Both the position numbers and the translations under genes were made by a program. The notes beneath the pieces are model-generated. The model was given only the letters and a program-made list of their open reading frames with translations. It was not told the DNA's origin and did not search any database. Of a stretch of DNA of 64,000 nucleotides, positions 13,660 to 26,695 are shown piece by piece. Location: assembly GCA_964016885.1 (NCBI GenBank), contig OZ024745.1, positions 121,086,001-121,150,000 on the forward strand, read 5' to 3'. The first letter of the stretch is position 1; each line of letters opens with the position of its first letter. This DNA comes from Eledone cirrhosa. Taxonomy: Eukaryota.

Positions 13660-14420
13660 GGCTTATTGCGTATGAACTACAATTCTACATGGCAGTGAGA
13701 CATGGGACCTGACTGCAGAATATCTGCAAAGGCTAGAAAGAAATGAAATGAGTTTGCTCTGATGGATGTGTAATGTTAGTGTACATAAATAACATAGCAT
13801 AAGTAAGCTGAGAGAAAGACTTATTGTAAGAGGAATGGTATGTAGAATGCAAGAGAGATGACTGCATTGATATGGACATGTGATGTGTATGGAAGATGAT
13901 AGCTGTATTATCCCGTTCCGCGGTGGCAAACCGCTCGTCTGGGATGCCACTTGCACCAACACTTTCTGCAGCCTCAACCTGGTGCAGTCTGTGACTGACC
14001 CAGGTTCTGCTGCACGTTGGGCTGAGGGAGCCTCAAATACCGGTCGCTCTCTGACAGGTTTACGGTCGTACCCCTGGCAGTGGAGACTTCTGGTGTCCTC
14101 GGCCCCAGGGCTACCTCCTTACCACCAAAGGCGCTGAGCTGGCCAGCTGTAAGTGTGAGCCCCGCGAGTTGGAGTGGCTTTTCCAGCGCGACTCCCTTGC
14201 CGTCCTCTGAGGAAACGCCTTCTCCATTCTGTCCGCCGGGGCTGTGGGTGGGCCCCATCGCCTACCGTTGTAGTTGTTGTATACAGATATTAACTCATCA
14301 ATCCCATTGTCCTACTCCAAAAGTTCTAATTTATATATACTGTTGTCATCAAAATATAAAGAAGTGTAGAGAAATCTCAGTGGATGAGACTCAAGGAAAC
14401 GGTAGATCCAGGAAGACTTG
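13660..14420 (+). mobile_element. RTE 3' fragment interrupted by a CRE-like LINE fragment
   Basis: LHGSETW..GHVMCMEDDSCI | insert 13908-~14350 | KKCREI..GRSRKTWNEV. Confidence 0.75.
13908..14260 (+). mobile_element. CRE-like (restriction-like endonuclease) non-LTR retrotransposon 3' fragment
   Basis: IPFRGGKPLVWDATCTNTF..GSAARWAE..KY..VPLAVETSGVLGP..FQR.SLAVL.GNAFSIL across frameshifts; GC-rich against the background; second short copy at about 6085-6127. Confidence 0.7.
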
Positions 14421-15474
14421 GAATGAAGTTCACAACGGAGGGTACAAAAGGATTGTGCTGGTGAAGACCCACCTACCAGTCTGAAGTGTGAACTGACTTG
14501 ATCCATGCACATGCCCTCACTATACATGTACTCCCCCACTCCTTTCATGCCTCCCCTTACCTGCACCATAGTAGCTACTCTTAACATCACTGCACCCTAC
14601 CCCACCCTTCATCAACTCTACCCAGGATCACTTTCACCTCTAAAACCCTGACACACCAGTCATAACCACTTAGTTGTTAACATCACACTACCTGTTCCCT
14701 TTTTCCTTTCCCACTAATCAGACTGGCACATTTGAGTCAATGATCATCAATCTCTCATGTGTTAGTGCCACAAAAAATGCACCCAGTGCACTCTGAAAGG
14801 TGGTTGGCAGTAGAAACCATGCCAAAAAGAAGGGATGAGAGGACTCTTTGTGTCAGGGGCAAGGCAACCTCTCTAGTGTTGGTGATCAACACACTCTGTA
14901 AAATGATTGGTGATAAGAAGGGCATTCAACCATAGAAAGCCTGCCAAACAAAAGGTTGTGAGGATGCTTCTGCTATGCCAAGACATAACTTCCCTAGTGC
15001 TATTGCCATAATAAAATGCACTTGGGTAAATAAAGGACAAAAAATTTGGAGGAGTCAGATACATGGAAAGTTCTCGCTTGTTAGCAATACATGTCGAGTC
15101 ATTTTGACCTATTGAACAGGGAAACAAGATGGAAATTCATCATCATTATTGTTTTACGTCCATTCTTCCACACTAGCATGGGTTAGACAAATTTGTTGTG
15201 GGTAATGTCAGATGACCACGTCTTGCTCATACAGAACTGATTTTCACTCAGTTTCTACAGCTCGATGCCCTTCCTAGCGACAACCTCATTTACAGTGAGT
15301 ACCGGGTGCTTTTTGTTCTGATACATGCACGACCACTTTACAGTGTGGACTGGGTGCTTTTTATCGTGACACCTACATGACCACTTTACAGTGTGGACTG
15401 GGTACTTTTTGTTGTGACAAATATTACACAATAAGGATAAATGCGAAGGTCTGATGTAGATGTTGATAATTCCA

Positions 15475-16406
15475 TCTATATATATAAAACTGAGGATGTC
15501 TGTGTGTGTGTTTGAGTTTGAGTTTGAATCCCTAAAACTCGAGAAGCACCCAACCGACTGTTTTCAAACTTTACACATGTAATACTTATGTTTCAGGGAG
15601 TGTTCTGAGCAAAAAACAATTTCAAATTTTCAATGCCCTAGGGACCGCATTAGGCGATTTAGCAATCTCTCTATAATTCTTAGTCTTTCTCTTTTTAGAT
15701 AGATACATACATATAACGTCGCGCCCTTATAATATCTGTCTGTATGTCTGTATGTCTGCATTACATCACTTCCCTGAGGGTGTGTGTTTCTGTGAGTTTG
15801 AATCCCTAAAACTCGAGAAGTACCCAACCGATTTTTTTTCAAACTTTACATATGTAATACTTATGTTTCAGGGAGTGTTATGCACATAAAATATTCATCT
15901 CCTAGGGCCCGCATTAGGTGAAAAACTGCGTTTTTTTAAGTTTTGAAGCGTTTTTTAAGCTTTTTAGGTTTTTTTTTAGGCGTTACGTCAGACCGATTTC
16001 CTTGAAATTGTAACTATGTATTAGTCAGTCTCTTCTTCATACCGTGAGCAAAGAAAATCCAACTTTTTTATGGCCTAGGGCCCGCATTAGTTGAATAATT
16101 TCATTTTTTTCAGCTTTTTAGGGTTTTTTGGAGGCGTTGCGTCTAGCCGATTTTCCCGAAATTTCAAGGCATATTATGCACATAAAAAAAATTCATTTTC
16201 TTGATCCCCTTGGGCTCGCATTAGGTGAAAACCTGCATTTTTTTCTGCTTCATTGAGGAAAATCTTAAAGATTATCCAGCCATCAGAGTATTCAGTTTAT
16301 TTTCTTTACATATTGTTCAGGCATGCAGTTTTTCCACGATTAGGTCTGTTGGCGGCCCGCTTTCCAAAATACCTTATCCCGTGCAAATGGTGGGTACCAT
16401 TGCTAG
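15475..16406 (+). mobile_element. Non-autonomous Helitron, full-length copy 2
   Basis: A|TC start, GCTAG|T end, highly similar to 6725-7602. Confidence 0.85.
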
Positions 16407-17620
16407 TTATTTATAAAGCTATGATACATATTTCAATGATGTTCATAGATATGTGATATTTCAATCATGCAACCACATGATGTTAAGTGCTTAACTCTAA
16501 TTACATCATCGTTCACTGATTGATGCATTGCATACTCAACCCTTATTAGTCAACATTTATCTTGTAAGTATATATATAAACAAAATAAGTAAATACTCAA
16601 AATAATGAGTTATTTCCAACAAATAAGTCCATAAATTTAGTTAAGAATCATTCCTCATATAAGCTAATTTGACAAGCTGTATGAATGCTTCAGAGTAGTA
16701 ATGCAACAAATAGAAAAGATGAAATTTTGTTATATGCCTCACCAACACTCTCATCATCACCATTTAATCCTTTAGTATTTACATTACTCTATATTTACTA
16801 TTGTATTTTCATGGTAAAGACTTTACCTCACATAATATTAAATCTATGAGATTTTGATATTATTTATTTTGAGAACAATACCATAATATCAGTATAAGTG
16901 CCTGGTTACAGCTGGTTTGAACAGAAAGAGGTGAGAGATTTCTGGTCGGATACGGCCGGTTTAAATGCTAAAGGGTTATGGTCTATTTTCTGAGCTTGGT
17001 TTAGACATCACATACTGAGGCTAAACTGGTCAGGTAAACACATCTTGCTCATATGCTCTGGTTGGATGCCCTTCCTAATGCCAATTACTTTGTACTGGGA
17101 ACATTTTATCGTAACTCTGGCACGACCATCTTACTGAGTAGACTGGGTCCTTTTTATTGTGGTGCCTTAGAGAGTAGACTGAGTGTTTTTTATCATGGCA
17201 CCAGCACTATCAGCTTACAGAGCGGACTGGGTTCTTTGTAGCATGGCACCAGCATTACCACCTTTTAGAGTGGACTGGGTGTTTTTTTATCGTGGCACCA
17301 GCAGTACCATCTGAACAACCAGGTGAGGAAATTAACATACGTGGTTGAGCATTCCTCAGACACAAGGACCCTCAACATAGTTCTCAGTGAGATTCTTCAT
17401 GATGTGTTGTGTGTTTGACAAGGCTGGCCTTTTGGATTACAGGTGTAACTAATTTTTTCTAGCTGAGTGGACTGGAGCAACATCAAATAAAGTGTCTTGC
17501 TCAAGAGTACAGCGTGTAGCTGGAGATCAAACTCACAACTTTACGATCTTGAGCTGAACACCCTAACCACTAAGCCCCCACAACTTCATTTATGTTATGG
17601 ATATTTTTGATAAAGGCATA

Positions 17621-17940
17621 TACAGTAGTGCCCCGGTATTCAAGGGGGCTACGTTCTTAGAATATTGGACGTGGTTCATTAAAATGCCTATAAACGTCAA
17701 AATATAGCGTAAAATATAATAAAAAAGAGGGAGCGTCCAATAGACTGGCAAATGCAGTATATTGTTATTAATAATTTAGCATCAAAGAAATATATATTGC
17801 CAAGAAAAAAGCATTTAAAAAAATTGCGGAAGATATTTACGATTCCACGAATATGTGATGGTTTCCACGAGCAATTATTAATTAGGTTGTAAGGAAATAA
17901 CGGAATAACCGGGACCGTAAATGCTGAGGGTACACTATAT
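17621..17940. mobile_element. Tc1/pogo (Tigger)-like MITE; related copies at ~24948-25180, ~39290-39450, ~44398-44714
   Basis: TA-CAG...CTG/CTA-TA ends and shared internal sequence GGGGTTACGTTCC..AAAATGCCTATAAA. Confidence 0.6.
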
Positions 17941-18025
17941 ACGTACAATCTAATTCTTCACTCTTATGAATTTGTGACATTGCACCTCGCTAATTAAATC
18001 CTTATTTTTTCTTGTGTCTTTTCAG

Positions 18026-18237
18026 ATTCAGAGATCAATTTATCTTCTTCAATTAATCAGACTCCTGAAAGCAGCTTGCAGGATTACTTGAGAGGAGTAT
18101 TTAGATATGTAGAACGTTTAAAGATGCACATGAAAGAACTAAATTCTAAATTTACTGAAAACACAACTTTATACTTAATGATAATGGACCATTTAACTGA
18201 TCTTCATAATGAAGATGTGATTCTATCTGCGTTTTAA
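18026..18237 (+). CDS. SIMC1: SIMC1-like protein, terminal coding exon
   Basis: Strong pyrimidine tract ttttttcttgtgtcttttcag; phase-1 join gives (H)SEINLSSSINQTPESSLQDYLRGVFRYVERLKMHMKELNSKFTENTTLYLMIMDHLTDLHNEDVILSAF*, open for 70 codons. Not in the ORF track. Confidence 0.7.
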
Positions 18238-18318
18238 TTATTTCATAGTTGAGCATTTTTATATCTTGCCACCTTTGATATGTAATATTCTTTATGAATT
18301 ATTATGACACCCTTCAGG

Positions 18319-18358
<40 letters not shown>

Positions 18359-19954
18359 TCTATGAAGGTATAAAGAACTCTCGAAAATCTCGTCTGGTCC
18401 ATCTTCATGATCTAAGATCTAACACCAAGATCCGATCAAACCCTCCATCTTACACTGCTCAAAATCCTGCCATCTGCACTAAATGTGGCTTATATCTAAA
18501 TCAGCAGCTGGACTAAAGTGCCATATAAGGCATAACCATAAAAAATAAACTGAGAAGACTGTTGAATCCTCATAAGTCGATATACGACAGGAGCGTCCCA
18601 CATGGCTTACTGGTTAGAGCATTGGATTCACAATTGGGAGGTTGATTCTCGGTGATGTTGTATTCTTGAGCAAGACACTTTATTTCATGTTGCCCCAGTT
18701 TACTCAGCTGTAGAATGAGTTGTGATGTCACTGGGGCCAAGCTTTCCCTTGGAGTACATTGGTGGTGTGGAGAGGGGAGGGGGTCTGGTATGCATGGGCC
18801 ACTGGTGGTCTTCCACAAAAACACCTTGCCTGGATTTGTACCTCATAAAAGATATTTATTCTATGTAAAATGTTAAACTAATATGTATCTGCATTGTTTA
18901 TCTGTTTACTTTTCACATATACCACAGAGGTCGACACCTAAAATTCTGAGATTTAGGCCTATATTCGCCCATAAAAAATATGGCAGTTGCAGGGGAAATA
19001 ATTCAAAAAATTTAGTGGCGTGCTAAAGGCTAAGACACTTCTAAAACACTTCAGTCGCAAGTGAACTCTAACTCACTGAGTAAACCAGCCTAGCCTAACT
19101 TATGGTAACCTACTCTATGAGCTACGGCAAGTCATTGATATTTTTATAATCTCTACATTAAATAGACTTAACAAATATGAGATTCAGTAGGAAATAATTG
19201 TGGTGGGCTGCTAGAGTTATGGTAACTGGTATACAACGAATGTTAGGCAGGCAGTTTCATTGTTTAGCCCTCAGTGGTAAAGGTTCACATTTTATATTCA
19301 GCGGACAAGTCGACTCCTGATTTTGAAGAGATATTTTAGGTTCCAAATGTCGACTTGTGCGCTGGCATATGCAGTATGTAGAGTTGTGAATTGTGATTAT
19401 GAAAGAATGAGCCCCCAATATATGAACGTAAGGTACTTTATATTATTTAAAATGCATGGCACTCAGTTTCATGATAGTAGCAGATTAATCTCATGTACAA
19501 CATCACTCTTCAACCTTTATGAAAAAATTTATATTATAATCTGCTATGGTTAAATGGATACCATTGTGAAACTCTGAGTACTGATGAAAACATATTTTAA
19601 GTTTATATATATATTGGCAGAGTCGTTAAGATGTTAGATATTACGGTATTTGTTCTACTTCGTTGCGAACTCTGAGTTCAAATCCTGCCAAGGTCAACTT
19701 TGTCTTTCATCCTTTCGAGGTCGATAAAAAAAGTAGCAACCCAGTACTGGGGCAATTCTTCCGCTATAGAAAAAATTGGCTGTGTTCAGACCTGGAGAGG
19801 GTTGGGCTCCACCAGGTTTAAAAGTGCCCTAGACACACCGTATGACAGTGCCTCTATGACTCCACAAGGAGTTATAGGATCTATATCCCTTTTATATATA
19901 TATATATATTAACAGTATTAATAAATGGAAAATATTTTTACAATACCATATTTA

Positions 19955-20009
19955 TTTTATTATATTATTTCAAGGACACAAACTTTTAGTGTGCTTTCAT
20001 CAGATAAAA
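19955..20009 (-). ncRNA. Minimal type-I hammerhead motif, paralog of 3605-3669
   Basis: TTTTAT-CTGATGA-AAGCACAC..TGTGTCCTT-GAAA-TAATA-TA^ATAAAA. Confidence 0.58.
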
Positions 20010-20223
20010 ATATATTTGGCGTTAAGATATTGACAATTCAAAATCACAAGGGATATAAGTTAACAAGGATACATTAAAACAGAAAAGGTCCGTTATTATA
20101 GACGCTAGATAAATTTGGAAAAATAGCGTGTTTATATTGGTCGTGTGGCGGTCATTAAAGGGTGAAATATTAGTGTAGAATTATGCATATATATATATAT
20201 ACACACACATATATATATATATA

Positions 20224-21519
20224 CTAGCAGTGGTACTCGGCGTTGCACGGGATATGGTATTTTGGAACGTGGACCGCCAACACACCTAATCGTGGAAAAA
20301 CTGCATGCCTGAACAATATGTAAAGAAAATAAACTGAATACTCTGATGGCTGGATAATCTTTAAGATTTTCCTCAATGAAGCAGGAAAAATGCAGGTTTT
20401 CACCTAATGCGGGCCCTAGGGGATCAAGAAAATGAATTTTTTTAATGTGCATAATATGCCTTGAAATTTCGGGAAAATCGGCTAGACGTAACGCCTAAAA
20501 AAAACCCTAAAAAGCTGAAAAAAAATGAAGTTTTTCACCTAATGCGGGCTCCACTAAAAATTGGATTTTCTTTGCTCACGGTATGAACAAGAGACTGACT
20601 AATACATAGTTACCGGCTTTCATTTTTAGTGTTGTGTGAAATATATAACCGCCTTAGCTAAGCTTAATATTGCCACAACCACGGCTGGCAAAGAAGTAAG
20701 GGTCTGGTGGTATGTAAGTAAGCAACACTGTGGCTTAAAACGTGAGGAAGAAGTTGTGTCCACTTACCAACTGTTTGGGGTATGAGTGTGAGATTTGTCT
20801 AGAGCAAGGGTGGCAGAATAACCGGAGGCAGCAGACAGACAGATATTATAAGGGCACGTTCTGGACGGAGAGGGAATTGTGGGAAGTGATGTAATGCAGA
20901 CAGTCAGTTTTTCACCTAATTCAGGCCCTAGGCCATAAAAAGTTGGATCTTATTTGCTCACGGTATGAAGAAGAGACTGACTAATACATAATTACAATTT
21001 CAAGGAAATCAGTCTGACGTAACAACTCAAAAAAACCCCTAAAAATCTTTAAAAAACGCAGTTTTTCACCTAATGTGGGCCCTTGGGGATCAAAAAGTTG
21101 AATCTTTTTATGTGCATAACACTCCCTGAAACATAAGTAATACACATGTAAAGTTTGAAAAAAGTCGGTTGGGTACTTCTCGAGTTTTAGGGATTCAAAC
21201 TCTGACACACAGAAAGACATCCTCAGAGAAGTGACATAATGCAGACAGTCAGACATACAGACAGATATAAGGGCGCGATGTTATATGTATGTATGTATCT
21301 ATCTAAAAAGAGAAAGACTAAGAATTATAGAGAGAAATCGCTAAATCGCCTAATGCGGTCCCTAGTACATTAAAAATTTGAAAATTTTTTTGCTCAGAAC
21401 ACTCCCTGAAACATAAGTATTACATGTGTAAAGTTTGAAAACAGTCAGTTGGGTGCTTTTCGAGTTTTAGGGATTCAAACTCACACACAGACAGACATCC
21501 TCAGTTTTATATATATAGA
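20224..21519 (-). mobile_element. Non-autonomous Helitron, chimeric longer copy 3
   Basis: Reverse-strand TC...CTAG termini; internal duplicated segment plus ~220 bp unrelated filler (about 20613-20830). Confidence 0.8.
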
Positions 21520-21661
21520 TATACACAGAGAGATATATACATGAGCGTAGAAGAATCATGTAACTATAGATATATATTTTAAGAATGTGAATCTAATTAT
21601 ATTGGTTATATAAAAAATGTATTGTATTGTAGTAAATTATAAGCTACTAATGTATATGGTT

Positions 21662-23341
21662 CATCATCATCATTTAACGTCTATCTTCCACGCTAGCATC
21701 GGTTTAGATGGGAATTGTCTCACTTGAGGCAAGATTAGTCGTCTCGCTCGTATAGGACTGTTTGGCAGGTTTTCTATGGCCGGATGCCCTTCCTAACACC
21801 AACCACGTTTACAGTGTGGACTGGGAGGTTTTTACCGTGTTACCTACACGGCCACATTACAGCGTGGACTGTGTTTTTTTTGTCGTGACACCTGCACGAC
21901 CTCATTTATTTAGGACTGGATGTTGTGGTACCAACATAACTTTACAGAGAAAGGGGTAGTGGGAAGGGGGGGGGGGGGGGTATATTTGATTAAGAGGTAC
22001 CTACTGACTGTAGGTTTCGCTTTGTACTTAGGCAAGGTGGGTCTTCTGTATTGCTGCGTAGTGCCAAAGATCTCGGTCCAGTGACATTGTCTTAGAGAGA
22101 TGTAAGTGTGTAAGGTTGGAATTTATCAATCGTCCCAGGTTTTTCTGGGTTTGCCAACGTAGTCTTCTCTCGAGTAAACAGTATCTGATCCCTCTTATAC
22201 CTAATTTCTCACTTAGTTAATTTATGCTTTGCTGTTCACGTATATTACTTTTACACATCCAGCGGAGCATGCCTGCTTCATTCCTCTCCAGTCTGTGCAG
22301 ATCCTCTGCACACAATGCCCAAGTCTCACTGCCATGCAACATTATTGTTCGTATGCAGGCATCATGCAGTCTGCCTTTCATTTTTAGAGAGAAACCTTTA
22401 GCGGCCAATAGTGGTATAAGCTCTCTGAACTTTTTCCATCCCGTTCTGACTCTGGCTATTGTACTTTCTGAGTACCCTCCACCACTGCTGATTTTGTCAC
22501 CCAGGTAATGGAAGGTGTCTACTATTTCTATAGAGCCATCTGGGCAATAGAAGGAGCTAGTATCCTGTGGGCGCTTGCTACTTATTGCACCTGAGCACTG
22601 GCCACATATAAAATCAACGTTCTTTATGCATACTTTGCATTTGGGACATAAAATTGAATTTCTGCCCACTCCTTTCCTACACACTGAGCATGGCCATTTC
22701 CCAGAGAGGACCTGTGCCCTATTTTCCTTCCTACATACTAGAACTTCAGTCATCTGCATAGAGAAGTTCCCATTGGCAGCCGGTCTTGAACTCCTCTGTT
22801 ATAGCCTGAAGGGCAATAATAAATAGGAAGGGGCTAAGGACAGAGCCCTGATGGACACCAGCTTTTACGCTAAATTCTTCACTATATTTGTTGTTAATTC
22901 TAACCTTGCTGGCTGTTTCTTTATACATGGCTTGTATAGCTCTCACAAGCCATTCTTCAACCCCTAGTTTTCTAAGGGCCCACCAGATAATGGAGCGGGG
23001 CACTCTGTCAAAGGCTTTCTCCAAGTCAACAAAAGCTAAGTATAGGAGTTTACTTTTAGCTAGGTACTTCTCCTGTAGTTGTCGTACAAGGAAAAGGGCG
23101 TCTGTGGTACTTTTACCTGACACAAATCCAATCTGCATTTCGTCTAGATCAATTTGCTCTCTGATTAGTTGCGCTATAACTCTTTCTGTGACCTTCATGA
23201 CCTGGTCAACTAATTTAATGCCTCTATAGTTTCCTCTATCTAGTGCATCTCCTTTACTCTTGTAGCAGTTAATGATGATGCTGTTACGCCAATCATTTGG
23301 TATGACCCCGTTTTGTATGACTTGGTTTACTATCCGGGTGA
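21662..23341 (-). mobile_element. 5'-truncated RTE-clade LINE (RT, internally deleted) with (TGA)n tail
   Basis: YRGIKL..FVDLEKAFDRV..GVHQGSVLSPFLF..LLYADD; C-terminal R.GW.KF/GSETW/LRWM; 3' end GACGTTAAATGATGATGA. Confidence 0.9.
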
Positions 23342-26300
23342 TTATAATAATAATTATGTCAGTAAATATATAACACATTTGTCAATTTTAACTATGTAAA
23401 CAACTATGGGGAAATAACTCTAAATTATATAAGGTTACAAGCATTGTATTCAAGGCATGTTTTCGATAAACATTGAATAAGATATGCATTGATCTATTAG
23501 GTCCTATAATTATAATTATTATTATTTATATTGTAAATAAACAACTTAGATAAGATTTCAGAGCACCATATGGTTAAAGAACATTTATAAAGGTTATGAA
23601 AAGTTTTGGAAAATCTATGCAAACAAGAATTAAATATCTTTCTTTTTGTTAATAATATTACCAGGATTGGTAATTATATGAAAGATTTCTTCTGTACAAA
23701 GGTGACAAATTTTGGTATGCGGGAGCGTTCCTGGTTTTATTCCAAGAGATTGAATAATTAGAGTTATTGTCTTTTAAAGACCAAATAAGTTGTGACATTT
23801 ATTAATATTGTTAATATTAATAATACTCCAAATAAAATTGTAGAGTGCTTCAAATCTGTTATAAAATTAACTTTGTTGAATGATAATCAACAAACCATAT
23901 AAATCATTGTTATATATATATATATATAAAGTTTTCACGTCACAATGTCTGTTTATATCTATCTTTCATTCACTGCCTATCTGCTACTTTCCTCTCTAGG
24001 TATTTTCCAAACCACTTACATAAATTTTATTCAACTAGGAGTACAGTGTCTCAAAATAAATTATGACTGCATGGTGTGGACTAGGGCTCTGTAAGCCATG
24101 GAGAAGGCAGTACATCTATATGAGGCATATGATGAGAGAGAAGACAAGTTAGATATATCTGACATAGAGGATAATTTGGAAGTTCCTACTACAGATGACT
24201 GATGAAACTTATAGTTGGAGCAAAACATTAGACAAAAAGAGGGTGACCTGGTGGTGGAACAGCACAGTGGATAGAGCCCTTAAAACCAAGAGACAGGTGT
24301 CTAAAGACTGGAAAAATGGGGATACAGTACCAAGTAATAAAAGAGATGCTAGACTGCTAGACAAGTATACATAGCATGCAAAGAGGCTAAAATGAGGTTT
24401 GCCAATCTCTTGCAAAGTGAGGATCAGAGACATGAGGTGTTCTGCATCACAAAGCAGTGTGAATCAGGACTTCCTTGGCTTACAGAGTGATTGTTACATT
24501 CTGTGGCTAGTATGATGATAGTGAGGCTGTCTTTCTGCATTTAACTCTTTAGCATTTACATTACACTATTGTATTTTCACGGTAAAGGCTTTACCTCACA
24601 TATCTCATGGTATTGAATCTATGCGATTTTGATAACAATACTTTAACATCAGTATGAGTAGCCGGTTGCAGTTGGTGTGAATAGAAAGAAGGGAGAGAAT
24701 TCTGGCCAGTTTAAATATGAAGAGTTAAAGGTGTGTCTATGGAACAATGAAGAATTAGTGGTGAGGTGTTCTTTGTGAAGGGGTCAAGCTCTGCTGCTGA
24801 TGTGAAAATCATTGCATTTATCATAGTATAGTCTAGTCTATACACTAAAGTGGACACAGGCAATAACTTGTGTTGTATATTGGGAAGTTAGTAGAAGAGC
24901 TAAATGATGATAATATCACAACAGCAGTGTCTATTCAAATCATGTTATACAGCTGTCCCTGGTATTCGTGGGGGTTACATTCCTAGAGCACCTATGAAGA
25001 GTGAAAAACTGCAAATATTGGATGTGGTTCCTAAAAATGCCTATGTCAAAATATAACGTAAAATATAGGCTGGCAAGTACGGTATATTGTTAATTTAGCA
25101 TTAAAAAAATAAGCCATTAAAAACATTGCAGAAGATATGTATGAGACCACGAATGCAATTTGTGATATACACTGTATATCACAAATACTACTTCACCCAT
25201 TTAGTCCGGAGTAGGGGACACTGAGTCCTCAAACATTCCTTCAAGCTAGTCTTGTCAGAAATAATCACCTCCATTGATCAAGCTGGATTCCCAAGCGAGA
25301 CCAGAGAAGTAGCTGCTATACCTGGAATAAATCTCTGATCTCTGAGCTACACACTCTATTATGTAACATTACTCCAAAGACAATTTTGAGGAACCACATT
25401 TCAGATGCTTGTTTCTCACAACAGCAGTGTCAAACCATGTGATATATCACAACTACTTAAAATATAAAATAGTCATTTCATTTCATATTCTTGTCAATTT
25501 CCATTAAAGGAACTACTTACTTCATAACTCTTAGAAATAGAATATTTAAAGAAAACAAACATGATATCTAGAAAATTTCTCAAACTTTATTAGACCAATC
25601 ATGGGCAAACTGCAGCCTGTTTGGCTTTCTGGATGGTACACTTAATTTCAAAATTACCTTGAAGTTTTTAGTAGTGCGACTTGCCTTATATGAGCCACAT
25701 CCTGTGGCATACTGCTCGATAAAAAGTTGCTCATGCTTGTTTTAGATTGTTGTTAGTGAATCCTTGGATATAGGATGAGAGTAGAGAAATCTATATAATG
25801 TAGAATGGTTTTCTGAAGTGTAACGGAAGGAACCACTGTTAAATAAGGTACACAATATACTGGTAGAGAATATTTAGAAATGACTTCTACAGGACTAGTA
25901 GTTTCATTTGTTCTAGTTTTGTAGAAATTATTTTTATATGAAATATATTAATGTGTGTGTGTGTGATGTTTCTGGGGTCTTAACACAGTAGAAAGTACTC
26001 AATACAGATGACTTAATTTATGGTGTCAAAATTGAAGATTGACACCTTCACTATTTCTGTGTCTGTTTTTCCACAGATGCGAGAAAACTTAATGAATGAA
26101 TACATATATGTTGTTGGACCTTTGACGATTCTGGTGACGGGTATTCCAGTTCTTCCATTAGCAGAACAGCCTGCTTGTGAAATTAACATACATGAAGCCA
26201 AGCATTCCACAGACTTGTGTATCTTAAATCATTTTGGCCAGCAGAGTAGACTGCAGCAACATAAAGTGTCTTGCTCAAAGACCCAATGTGAGGCCAGGAA

Positions 26301-26695
26301 TCAAACTTATGGCTTTGTGGTCATGAGCCAAGCACCTTCACTATATATATAAACACATCTATATAAATAATTCTTTCAAACATTGGCACAAGGCCAGCAA
26401 TTTGAGGGAAGGGGAAATTGATTATATTGACCCTAGTACTTAACTATTTTATCAACTCCAGAAGGGTGAAAATAAAGTTGATCTCGGTGGGATTTAAAAT
26501 CAGAATGTAGAAAGTCAAAACTAAATGCTACAAAGCATTTTGTCTGATGCTCTACCAATCCACTATCCTCCAACTATATAAATATAATATAATAGATATA
26601 GATTGTGGTTCTCATACGGTTTAAAAGCTGAATCATACTATCTTTAGGGATCAAATACAAAATATATAACAAATTAGCTTCATCAAATCATATAT

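Noticed and set aside
7386-20452. Repeated MHIKKIHF..YPAIRVF ORFs (7386, 16225, 20132) resembling a gene family
   Set aside because: They are chance frames in the non-coding Helitron copies.
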